In this document: in pieces, positions 59,072 to 59,140 of the stretch | Numbering within the stretch: position 1 is the stretch's first letter | Layout: each line of letters begins with the position of its first letter | Assembly (NCBI GenBank): GCA_902797675.1 | Contig: CADBTR010000073.1 | Span: forward strand, 1 to 59,140 | Direction of reading: 5' to 3' | Source: an uncultured Lachnospiraceae bacterium | Lineage (GTDB): Bacteria > Bacillota > Clostridia > Lachnospirales > Lachnospiraceae | Length of the DNA stretch: 59,140 bases | Notes under the pieces: generated by a model | What the model was told of the DNA's origin: nothing | Databases searched by the model: none | The model's input: the letters and a program-made list of their open reading frames with translations, nothing else | Translations under genes and position numbers: made by a program

Positions 59072-59140
59072 CCCTGCGACCTGCTTGCTGCCAACGGCAG
59101 CAATTCCCGTAGGTCGGAGATTCAAACTCCCACCTACGTA
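59051..59140 (+). repeat. Dispersed palindromic repeat, copy 5 (module A plus GTAG palindrome; runs to window edge)
   Basis: ttcaatgtcgcatggctttagccctgcgacctgcttgctgccaacggcagcaattcccgtaggtcggagattcaaactcccacctac. Confidence 0.93.

Noticed and set aside
1-59140. tRNA, rRNA, prophage, integrase or transposase genes
   Set aside because: None recognised; nearly all sequence is accounted for by the listed CDSs and short intergenic regions

Overview
A 59 kb chromosomal segment of a Clostridia-class Firmicute. Gene content and order look Lachnospiraceae-like (inference). Mostly minus-strand housekeeping genes: SPFH/NfeD, SH3 cell-wall hydrolase, trmH-like, pfkA, dnaE, Crh-like HPr-whiA-rapZ-murB-glucokinase-hprK-uvrC, a GH51 arabinofuranosidase, ftsH, pyrG, an MCP and udp. 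These are followed by Cd/Zn and Cu efflux operons with recognisable operators, a two-component system beside a Gly-repeat surface protein, an arginine-agmatine-carboxyspermidine polyamine operon, tcdA/nadA/thiF/ttcA/cysK, a low-GC zeta-like gene pair, Ktr plus a short KdpDE, and a cobalamin-riboswitch-controlled lipoprotein CbiK/ABC operon. No rRNA, tRNA, CRISPR array or transposase was seen. The most unusual signals are non-coding. (1) A modular palindromic repeat family occurs five times (20448, 28074, 33235, 46317, 59051). It has IS200/IS605- and REP-like hallmarks (GAAT+hairpin, GTAG+palindrome, TTGAA/TTCAA ends), usually sits at gene 3' ends, supplies stop codons to host genes and abuts a probable hsdR remnant. 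(2) A CTAG-flanked, G-U-rich long-hairpin MITE-like element lies at the left edge. All calls come from reading motifs by eye; no database search was run.
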